64,000 nt of DNA from Eukaryota sp. GEM-RC1 (taxonomy: Eukaryota): contig JAUFOQ010000001.1 of NCBI GenBank assembly GCA_040285855.1, positions 3,596,001 to 3,660,000 of the forward strand. The letters run 5' to 3'. Below the pieces are notes generated by a model. It saw only the letters and a program-made list of their open reading frames with translations, was not told the origin of the DNA and did not search any database. The position numbers and the translations under genes are program-made. Below are positions 25,844-36,231 of this stretch, piece by piece. The number at the start of each line of letters is the position of its first letter. Position 1 is the first letter of the stretch.

Positions 25844-27385
25844 CATGACTTCAACCCCTTTTGGATTCTCCCCAGCCAAAGTACTATCAGATCTTCTCTT
25901 CAACGAGGATCTTGCTGATCAACAGATTCTCTTTCACGATGAACTTCTCCATGTAAACTGCGACGTTCTTGCTCTCAACTGCAAGTTCTTCCACGATCTC
26001 TGGCACTTAGACTTCAGTGACAAACACGAGAACCCTTTAGATCTTTCCAATCTCCCTGTTTCCCCCTCTTCTCTCACCACGTTCTTTCGCTCTCTCTATG
26101 GTCAAGATGCGGAGATCACCAAAGACAATGCATACGATCTCTTCTATTTATCTCACTACTTTAAATGTGATGCCCTATCTTTTCAAATCACGTCATCACT
26201 GAACTCTTCCCTCGTAGACTCCCAATACGTGTCTACCTTCATCTTAAAAGCCAACAAAGTGGATGATCTTCGTGCACTTTTGTTTGCAGGTCCTTTCATT
26301 CAGAAAGTCTCTTCATTTCCTCCTCTTTGTCTTTCCACTTCTTTTCTTGTTTCCAATTAACGAGAACGAGTTTTGTGGATCTAAGGAAAGTCTTTGCTGG
26401 TTTGTCAGAAGTCTAGTGAAGTCAATAGAAGAAGATTTTTTTGATTGTTCGGGATTAGAAGGTGTTTTGAACTCGGTCAAAATTGATTTGTTTGATTGGA
26501 ACGATTGGAATGAGTTGTTACTTGAACCTCTTGAAATATTTGAAAATTGTAAGGAAGTTTTGATGAAATTTCATCAAGAACGTCTTCGAGTTCAGTTTTT
26601 GAAAAACTTGTCAGTGAAAAGAACATATTCAAAAAGTTAATGATGAAATTCAGCAGAAATTTGATTCTCTTTTGTTGGAAAATCAAAACATTCAAAAGGT
26701 TAATGATGAAACTCAAAAAGTTAATTCTGAAATTCAACAGAAATTTGATTCTCTTTTGATCGAAAATCAAAACATTCAAAAGGTTAATGATGAAACTCAA
26801 AAAGTTAACGTCGAAACTCAACAAAAGTTAGATTCTCTTCTATTAAATAATGAAGCACTCTTGAACAAGATTAATCAATTAGAGAAAGATAATGAGGTGC
26901 TAAGAAACTCTTCCACTCCAATGTCTTTTTCTCCTCAGCATAAACATTCTGCTATTGTTATATCGAACTCTGGTAAGAGTATTTCCTTGAATGGAAGTCG
27001 TGGTAGTCGTTCAATTCTAGGTGATAAACCCTTGGTGAAAGGAGGTGTTTATAAGTGGAAAGTTAGGCATCAGCATAGTAGTTATATTCTAAGTATTGGA
27101 ATTGTTCCACTTAAGAACTTTAATTCTTCCACTTCTCCAGATGCCATGACTAATTCAAAGTCTATCTGTAACTTCAACAAAGGAAGCCTCTCAGGATCAT
27201 TTTCTAAGTGGAAAACTGGTGATGTACTAGAATTAACTGCTGACATGAGGAATAATACTTTCTCAATCAAGGAAATCAATTCTGGATATATTAACGTGAT
27301 CACGAACTTTGATGACGTGGATGATGTTTATTATCCTGTTTTCTATATTTTTGACTCTTCTCACGTCATTGAAATCGTTGATTGA
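25844..27385 (+). CDS. BTB - coiled coil - SPRY/B30.2 protein, copy 2 (indels)
   Basis: Near-identical to copy 1 outside the SPRY loops; longer heptad stalk. Confidence 0.8.
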
Positions 27386-27551
27386 TTGTATATTTGTTTA
27401 AATATTGTAGATGTTAACAGTAATGTGTAGAATCTATTGGAAAATGAGTTTAAGTCTTCTTTTATATTCATGCGTCCAATTGTTTTTCATCTTGTTTCTC
27501 AGTGAATGATGTTATATACACATATATTTATTGATGCCACCAGTGCTCCCA

Positions 27552-27998
27552 CTAGTGGAAATACCGACTCAAAGACTTTTGAAATTGTTCCCTATTTTTA
27601 ATTATTGCGACAACTAGCAGAAACATAATGAACACAGAAAATACACTAGAAAAGTTGCGACTCATCCAAGATCTATTTACAAAGGTCTGGTAAAATATGT
27701 CATTAAGTTTTTCAAGGTCTTCAAACAGGTCTTTACATTGAGCCAAAAGAGAAGAACAAACAGGATCAGAATCTCGCGTCAGCAGAAATTCCATCACAGC
27801 TATCATATTTGGGAGACACTCGTAGGAGACATAGTATATGTTCTTTGGATTCTGAGTAACAATAGTTTCAGATAAGTGCGAAAGATCAGATTTAAGACAT
27901 GAAAGAAGCTCAAGTTCAGACTCCGTAAATGGGGGAGATACATCGTCCAATTTATTCAGTTCTAACCGGAGAGAGTTTAGCCGTTGAGGGGAAACCAT
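27552..27998 (-). CDS. Small helical protein with C-terminal transmembrane segment
   Basis: Intact ORF; hydrophobic VFSVFIMFLLVVAII. Confidence 0.55.
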   Translation of the reverse strand: MVSPQRLNSLRLELNKLDDVSPPFTESELELLSCLKSDLSHLSETIVTQNPKNIYYVSYECLPNMIAVMEFLLTRDSDPVCSSLLAQCKDLFEDLEKLNDIFYQTFVNRSWMSRNFSSVFSVFIMFLLVVAIIKNREQFQKSLSRYFH

Positions 27999-28024
27999 TT
28001 GAACCAATTTTAGTCACAGCAAAC

Positions 28025-28324
28025 ATGACTTCAAACACATCTTCGCAACGTGACGACTCCTCTAAACCACTTGAGGCATCTACGAAAGATTCCATCAGCG
28101 ACCCACATCATTATCTTGCTCAACTTCGAGAACATTTGGACGACTATAAATCAAAGATAGAGGAACACCAAACTTCGGTTGAAAACGAACTTCGCCTTAC
28201 CAAACAGAAGAAGCGTATCTTTGAGTATCTTTTTTACATGTTTCTTGTCGCAATTGTAGCATATGCCTTTTATATCGGGAAAGTTTTCAGAAATTCTACT
28301 ATGCAACAATGGAGGCCGTCGTAG
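28025..28324 (+). CDS. Small coiled-coil protein with C-terminal transmembrane segment
   Basis: Coiled coil followed by YLFYMFLVAIVAYAFYIG. Confidence 0.55.
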   Translation: MTSNTSSQRDDSSKPLEASTKDSISDPHHYLAQLREHLDDYKSKIEEHQTSVENELRLTKQKKRIFEYLFYMFLVAIVAYAFYIGKVFRNSTMQQWRPS

Positions 28325-28385
28325 AACGAACTTGTAGATCATTTTTATTGTGTACAAGGAATTCTGCTGTTCTATAATACATATT

Positions 28386-28970
28386 TTACATCATATCAAA
28401 CATATCATCTTCAGACATTTGCTCGTGATTCGGAAACATTGAGAAGCATAGAAACAAGAGACGTCGAAGTTTTTTGTTGTGGAAAAAATAATTTATGGAC
28501 CACAGACTTCCGTTATCTGTTAGAGGATCAGAGTCAATGCCAACCTCTGGTGTATACGAAAAGACCTCACATTCCCAAGGATCAATCGTGTCTTCGAGGA
28601 TAGAGTAGAATGAGAAAGCCAAATCATTGAAGGAATTATCAGCAAGATTCTCATAGAAGATGTTCTGTAAATGAGCAATAGCGGTAGCCGGTGGGTCTAC
28701 CTTAGTAAACTGAGATAGTCTAACACTGGAGAAGTCATAGTAAGGATAGAGAAGATTCAGTGTTGATATCAGATAGCTTAAGGATTTAACTGAGATGTCT
28801 GTAGAACTTATAGGACTCTCGGACAGACTTCCATAGAGTTTCTTGTCCGCTTTGATTCGTTTTGTTGAGAGAAGAGAAAGGTTCGCCGAAAACTTCTTGG
28901 ATCCGTCCGAGAGAGCTTCTTCAAACCGTTCAACAAGCTCACTAAGAGCTAAACTGTCAATGTACTTCAT
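28386..28970 (-). CDS. MAF1: Repressor of RNA polymerase III transcription Maf1
   Basis: MKYID start, DKKLY, YLISTLN..YPYYDFS, CEVFSYTP, DSDP, GSLWSINYFFHNKKLRRLLF. Confidence 0.92.
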   Translation of the reverse strand: MKYIDSLALSELVERFEEALSDGSKKFSANLSLLSTKRIKADKKLYGSLSESPISSTDISVKSLSYLISTLNLLYPYYDFSSVRLSQFTKVDPPATAIAHLQNIFYENLADNSFNDLAFSFYSILEDTIDPWECEVFSYTPEVGIDSDPLTDNGSLWSINYFFHNKKLRRLLFLCFSMFPNHEQMSEDDMFDMM

Positions 28971-29484
28971 TGGGGAAGATCTACAAAAATAGGATTAAGA
29001 ATCGACAAAATCGTAAATCCAATTTTAGTCCTGTCGCTGATTAGTTAAAGCACAACTGTAGTTATATAACACAAGTTATATTCCATGCTTGGTGTCTTAT
29101 CTACACTCTGCTGTCGTATAACACAATAAGTACATGAAAAATGAAGTTACCAAAATCCATTCATCTGTGCTAACTCAACCTCAAAATGAAAAGAAGAAGT
29201 ATACAAGGGCAAAACGAAAACACATACCCAAGACGAGGTCCACCAGAACTACTAGAACTAATGTTTCAATGAATGTGTTAGTCCTTGAATAGTAGTGGGT
29301 ACGAAAGTTACCTTAAAGAAAGGTAACAAGAGCTGAGTCGTAACCAGAGTTTCTGTTCGAGAGAAGAAACATCAAGCAGTCATCAATAGACAGTTTGATA
29401 AGAATAATGTTATAGAATAAATGAAGTAGAAACAAATCAAAAAAAACATGGTACAAATAATTTATTTTACAATGGGATTTGAAA

Positions 29485-32371
29485 TTAATTCGATGGGGTT
29501 TTCTTAGAAGATTTAGTGCTTTTAGGAGTTTTAGAACTCTTAGGGTTCAGTGAAATCATAAACTCTTGGAATTCCTGCTGAACATCTCTGGGCTTGAAAT
29601 CCCCAAACTTATTTAAAATTTCATTAAAATTTGGACATGAATCTGTCACTTCTAGTTCAACAGTTCCTAAAGCTAAATCAGGAGCATCCCCATGACTAAT
29701 TTTAGATAACCGTTTCTTTTCCAAATCAGCTAGTAAAGGATCCTTGTCAATCAAAAAGATGAATTAATCACGACATGATCCCGACTCCCAGACACGTCAT
29801 AATCTAATTTTCTTTCAGAAAACAGTGGTCCCTTTTAGCATCTTTACTTGGAACTAAACTAAGTCTGACCTCTGGGGACGACTCTGATTGTTTTTGTAAA
29901 TAAGTGGCAGCAACTTTAAATCTATTGGGATCAGACGACGTGATTGATGATTTTGACCTAGACAGTTCAGTTGATTGTGATTTGTCGATGACAATGGACT
30001 CTATTACATCTTTACAGTACTGACAGTACAAAGTGGATTCGAAATTAGAAGGTAGGTTTACCTTGACATAGTTGATTCCAGTCCTTATACGGAATAGGCA
30101 AGAATCTGAAACTGATTGAACGGAAACTGGGGATGGGGGTCGGTAGGAAAAGAGCTCTAGAACGTCATCAATCAAGAAATGATAGATGGAGAAGTTTTGA
30201 TCAGAATCTGTGGAAAAAGAGACGATAGTATCGGCTTTTGATTGAATTCTAAGTAACAAATAAGATAGAGATTTGTCAAGAGCGGCATTATTTATACTAA
30301 ACTTTGAAAATTCAAAAGATTCAAAATCAGAAACCTCAGAATTGATTGCAGTAAACTTGATTTTGCCTTGAGAAACAGGCTTTGATGGGTTTTGATTAAG
30401 GTAAACCAAGAAAGTACAGTTGCTTATAGTATTTGACTTAGAAATTGACTCTATATCAAGTGGATAAATACTTGATCTAATAATTTCAAGAGTGTTGAGA
30501 GAATCAAAATCAATCAATTCCAAATCAATCAATTTTGATTGAGACGGGGGAAATAACAGTTTGTTCCCATCTTTTTCAGCAAAAGTCGGAGCATCTAAGA
30601 CGTGTTCTGCAATCAAAATCATTGTTTTAATATTTGAAATATTGACATTTAAATACCCAACAAGGTCTCTAGTGCATGTAGTACTCGAGTGCACAAGATC
30701 AGTTGATTGGAAATCTGAAAAATCATCGGAAATAACACATTTTAAATCTGAAGAATTTGAGAAAACAGAAAAAACCAGACCATAATTAACATCAACAAAT
30801 TCAAAAATCAATAGTGAATTAAAATTAAAGTTCAAATCCAGTGAAACGAATTTGACATGAGAAATTGAATATGATTTTGATGAAAAAAGTGAATAATTAT
30901 CTAAACTGAGAACTGAAACCGTCACAGAAAAGTTAGAATTTGTTCCAAAATTAACATTCTCGTACAAATTTAAATTTTCAAATAAGACAATACAAGATGC
31001 ACCACAATTTGCATTAACAGGAAGGAAAACCTTTCCAGGACGAGTTTCAAGAACTGAATAAGTTTGGGTAAAATTACAAGAATACTTAGAGAAAGGGCTA
31101 AATTTTAAATATTTAAAGTACGAGGGAATTAATCTCTCAGTAGAAACAAATAAATCAAAATGAGTTGGATCGTACTCTGACACCAAATTCTGATCATTTT
31201 TTAAAATTTGCTGGTTTTTACAATAAATCGAGGTATCAAATAAATTCTCCAACTCTGGAGTTAAAGCATCTTCACAAAAATTTAAAAATTCCCCAGATAA
31301 TTCACTAGTCGGACAAGGTAAATGACATCGCAAACACTGCTGGGTCAAATTCGACTCCTCTATAACAGACGTGATTGCAATCGACACGTCATCAATTTGA
31401 TTGGCTGACCTCTTAACAAGTGCAACAGGGCAAGATGCCTCAGCCCCCAATAAAATCACATCAGTTTTGGACAACTCTTTTAAAGAATCTTCCACAACAC
31501 AGTTTTCTTCAGCTAAAGTCATTTCAAAACAAGATATCTCTGAGCAACTCCAATTAATCTTGGTTACCCCGGGGTACACCTGGGGGTACACCTGGGGGTA
31601 GAAGCACTCTTCAATCATCCATCCAGTCAAAGAAGGGATCACAAAGGAATAATCAAGGTCAAAATAACGACAGTTGATTGCTTTTAATAGTGCTTTTGAG
31701 AGATAGACTGGCCAAAGTTCAAGACAATTGTTGATTCCAGGATTAAGATAAGGAAACAAATGAATAACTTTCGAATAAAGCTCAGCAGGAACGTCATCAA
31801 AGGAATCAATTACTTTTGATTGGAGATCAGTTTGATTAAACAAGATAGGAATACTATCGTCAACAATAATTTCTGAGAACTTTAACTCACCATTCCACTT
31901 AAACAGAGAGGTCGAGTACTTAGTTGTCTGCTTTGAAGACACTTCCGACATCAACTCCCACAGGAATCTCTCTTCTTCTATCAAATGAGCAAAGGATCTA
32001 CAAAAGGCGAAGCAGTGAGAGAGAATTCGGCAGGGAAGAAGTGAGGAGGAGGTGAGGTTTATGTAAAAGTTCGAGACACGTTCTGGGTGTGGATGTTTGT
32101 TCCTAAGAGAATTACCAAGGGAAGAGTCAGTGGAGGGAGAAAAAAGAGTGCAAACGTCATCACTAACATTGAAGAGTTGACAGTATTGCTGAGGTGTTAC
32201 ATGGAGCAATTTGTATGTTGAGGGATCAAAAGAGGAGGATAAGTCAAATGAAGGAGATGACCAGGAATCAGAAGAAGGAGAGGGAAAGGACGATGGCTTT
32301 ATGTCAGTGGACGGTATAGGGATAAGGTCTTCCTGGACGGTCTGTTTAGTTGTTTGTCTAGCTTTGGACAT
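29485..32371 (-). CDS. Androglobin-like protein (divergent calpain-like domain), indel near 29810
   Basis: IIVDDSIP, ELWPVYLSKALLK and VIPSLTGW resemble the ADGB calpain-like domain; no globin domain recognised. Confidence 0.5.
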
Positions 32372-32634
32372 CAGCTAATAGGTTCTAGATGTCAAATAAT
32401 AGTGACTCGGTTAGATCACTGGACAGTAAAAAAAATACAATGTACTGTTCTGTAAGAAGCTCCTACTGGTAGTCTCTTCAAAACTACTGATCTATCATTT
32501 CATCTACAACGTGAATCATGTTTAACACAGTGTTAACTTTGCGGTTCCAAAGACGTCCACTTTTTTTTTGCAAGTGAGTAATCCATGTCTTAAACCCACT
32601 GGTCTTTTTGCTCCTGGGATTATGAATTCATTAT

Positions 32635-33700
32635 GAGACTGACTAAATTGACAACTTACCACACAACATTGACTAAAAACACATTATAGTACACGAGAAA
32701 TTTTTGTCGTGCTACAATTCTTTCTTACCTCTCAATCATGTGATTGCTACATGATAATCAATCAAAAATAGTTTATTCCACATTTCAGTACAATACATCT
32801 TACGTTTCTACTCTAGCTACACTTTGGACAGGCTCTGTGTTTCTTCTAGGACAAGTTCTTTTGTTGTGACCTCTAGCTTGACATACATTACATTTTCTTG
32901 TGTTTAGGTTCTCATTTTCAACGACTTCGAATTGAGATGTTAACCTTCCTATGGATCCCACTGGTTTAACGAAGTTCTTCCCTGTTAGGTCCTTGTGGAA
33001 TTGATTGTACTTCTTGCAAAACCCTCTCGAGTTTAGACAACAACACTTCTTGCTGCAACTCAGTAAGATTGTGAATTGTGTTCCACAGTTCCTGGAATCT
33101 GCTCTGTTCTTCTTGCATTTCAACACCATCTTCTTGTATCTCTTCAGGAGGAACTTGGTTAAGTATGTTCTGAGATTCTTCTCCATTTATCTGCCATTGA
33201 GGATGTACCTCGTCTTCTGATAGCTTGGTTCCACCTTCAATGTGGATCTTTACAACTAAACTTGTGGGCAAGCCTAAAGCATACAGCTTTTGGTCTAATA
33301 CAGTATCAGTATCTTCATAGTTCATTTCTTGTACAACTTCCATAGTTCTAAGTAAATGACGGAGAGCAAATCTACTGACAACTCCAACCAAAGATCGACA
33401 TATATGATCTTGAAGTAGCTGCATTAGATTGACGCAGAGTATCCAGGAGTTCCTCGTTCTTCTTCGAAGGAATATGGAGGAAATATGGTGGTAAGAGTAT
33501 TGATGTTGTCACTCATAGGCAGTAAAGACTCGTACATATGAGACCAGATGATAAGAGAGTGTTTCGGAATGAGAAGTCAATGCTATGGTATAAGCGATCA
33601 CGTCAGCGTAACAGCAGCATCACATCACCGAAAATTGTCGTGTTACTATATTGTGTTTTTAGTCAATGTTGTGTGGTAAGTTGTCAATTTAGTCAGTCTC
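32635..33700 (-). mobile_element. Mutator-like (MULE) deletion derivative
   Basis: About 70-bp TIR beginning GAGACTGACTAAATTGACAACTTACCACACAACATTGACTAAAAACACA; TSD TTCATTAT (32627-32634 / 33701-33708); internal remnant with LVGVVSRFAL and CCHC knuckle RKCNVCQARGHNKRTCP. Confidence 0.9.
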
Positions 33701-34699
33701 TTCATTATGTACAATGTTTCTTTTCATTGATTCCATGTTCATTTCCCAGTACATACTCGTGACATTGAGCGATTCTCTTATATTCATTGATCAAAAAAAA
33801 ACACTTATATTGGTCCTTTTTCAACACCGCCATGTGACCAACATTTTTTGGTGGTGCTTGAATCTTGAACATATCCTGATCCTACCTCGTGATCAGCGTT
33901 ATCTCGCGACCTTCATACTCCACTTATAAAAAATGAGTTTTTGTACTCATCAATTCATATTGGTTCAAACCGTAGTTCGAAATGCGTACGGCACGTTCGG
34001 TAACGTACTCCATACGCGCACGTGCGGAATACGTGCGGCTTCTTTTACCGTATTCCAACGTATTCTTCTTTTTAATACTCTTTTCTGTTACCAGCACCTA
34101 TTTTATATTATCAAATACTATTGATGAAACAAAAACTATAACTCTTCATTAAGGCAGGGATTCACAACAATATGAACTTCAAACCATTCCTTGGTGATAT
34201 GTTGTTGATTTAAATAGTTAATCTTTTGAACAGGTACTTCTGAAACTCCTTCTTTATTCCTGGTTTAGGGTTCTTTTGGGTGTTTCAAGTTGGTTGCTTT
34301 ACCCATGAAAGCTCTATTTGATGCTTTGCCTTTCTTTAGACATCTGTGTTAGCCACGCTTTCCGTTCTACCCTCCCATACCCCGGGGTCTCCAGACGATG
34401 GAGAACAGTAATTCTGCCGGTACATGTACATCTGATATATAGGTGGTTATCTATCATATTTAAATTTTTAAATTTCTTGTAGAAAATGGTTTTTTATTGT
34501 AAAGTAACAAAATACAAACTTCTCCTAGTAGTACTAAAAAGATATTAAATGATCTTCATCTACTCTTGAGTTACCAGGACTCAAATTGTCCGGAATATGA
34601 TTCAAATACTTGAAAAACTTCTATAAAAAGAAAAAACAATACGATTGCGCCAAAGAGCCTGATTCAAATTTTTGTTTTGAACAAGAAACAATTTTGAAA

Positions 34700-35635
34700 C
34701 AATTTATTTTGACAACAACACTACAGTGTACATACATCTAATATTTAATATCATCAAAGTTCTGATTGCCTATCTGGAAATTCTCACCAACCTTACCCTC
34801 ATAATGTCTGCCAAGAGATAATTAAGCCCTAGATACAGAAGTCACCATACCTATAAAGCCAGCAAACACAATTCGATTTCTCCAAAATCTAAGACCAAAA
34901 GTCCTAGATGTTTTGTTTTTTTACAATCTTCATAATGATTTCAAGTTATGATGTTGCAGATTCACCTAAAGAACCGGGCATTGAAAATAGAAAAGGGTAC
35001 AACAAGTAATTCGAATGTGAAGCCGAATTCAATAATTTCACTTTAGCACAATATTTTACTTTTTTAAAGTTTTCACCAATCAACAGAGGGGTTTTAGTAT
35101 TAGATTTAGCAGGTTTCTTGTTGGAACCATTACACTCGTCGATAGACATAACATCAGCAATAATGAAAGAACCATCGAGACCAGAGAATATCACATCACC
35201 ACGGCTATTTCCAAACAAATTGTCAACATCTGTATCATCAACCAAACCAGCCAAAACTCGTTCTAAAAAGGAAACTGTTCCATAAGATTTACACATACAA
35301 TATGATGGATCCCCTACTGAATCATGAATCTTACTTCTAAAAGAAATAAAACGATTACAATTCAATAAATGTGTAGGTGTGACAGATTGCTCACATTGGC
35401 ATTTCAAATTATGTGGAAGGTTATCAGGCCAAATAAATGACCGTAAACACATGTTTAATGGCCAAGAGTTATCATCAAACAATAGACCGTAAACTTGAGG
35501 GATTTGAGTAATCAGACATGAAACAGAGCTACATGTATTAGAAACATCCATTGAAAAATTTGTCAAAGCGGGATTTTTTTCCTTGGACGTGCCAAGTTGA
35601 ACATTATAATCCAAACTTTCAAGTATATTTGTTAG
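34700..35635 (-). mobile_element. 5'-truncated RLE retrotransposon (subfamily A)
   Basis: Close match to ~40878-41805, including the 3' UTR gatgtatgtacactgtagtgttgttgtca. Confidence 0.88.
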
Positions 35636-35910
35636 ATCCATGTGCTGAAACTTATGTTAACAGCTTAACCCCAAAAGGTTTCACCCACCTAGGTGCAGCT
35701 GAAAAACCTAAAATTGATTTGAACTCCAAAGATGTTACTAAGCTCAATCAAAATTTGTATTTGTTCCATTTGCTATTTCTATTTTCGGTAGTGTTGGTGG
35801 AATGGCTTCTAAGTTTTTAACTGATTTTGGATCCATGTGTATGACTCAGGATAAGAGATTTAACTTATCAATTTGGCATAACCGTTTGATCTATTGTTTG
35901 TTCCGTTCGG
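35633..35910 (+). mobile_element. RLE retrotransposon fragment (subfamily B)
   Basis: Matches ~16890-17180 (tagatccatgtgct...accgtttgat...ttccgtt.gg). Confidence 0.85.
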
Positions 35911-36009
35911 TATAAAGGTTTTGTTAGTTTCTGTTGTAAATTTTTCAGACAAAACTTAAGATTGGTCAAACATCTTTCAGGTATTTCAGACACAGATTCT
36001 GGGACTATT

Positions 36010-36135
36010 CATTCCTATTATGATCTCGAAAGCTCTTTTAGCTCTCAGTATTCTCTATGAAAAAATGCTTCTGCGAGTTGTAAAGGCAATGATTGTAGCT
36101 TTGATGATATTGAGTTCTAGTTTACATACACTTTT
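36010..36135 (+). mobile_element. RLE retrotransposon extreme 3' fragment (subfamily F-like)
   Basis: IPIMISKALLALSILYEK...CSFDDIEF* parallels IPLIVSKALLAVSSFYEDK...CCFNDTNF* at 41980-42100. Confidence 0.6.
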
Positions 36136-36231
36136 CATGTAGAAAATAACAAGTTAAAAAAATAAGACTTTTATCTCTACAAATCTAAACTTTATCCTGG
36201 TAGAAATACTAAGATAATCTAGTAAACAAAA

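Noticed and set aside
33980..34045. GC-rich patch with palindromes (cgcacgtgcg, gtacg...cgtac)
   Set aside because: No second copy, TIR partner or recognisable RNA fold; cannot be assigned
34330..34440. Possible HDV-like ribozyme near a retroelement
   Set aside because: Could not build the nested pseudoknot, and it lies at the element's 3' side
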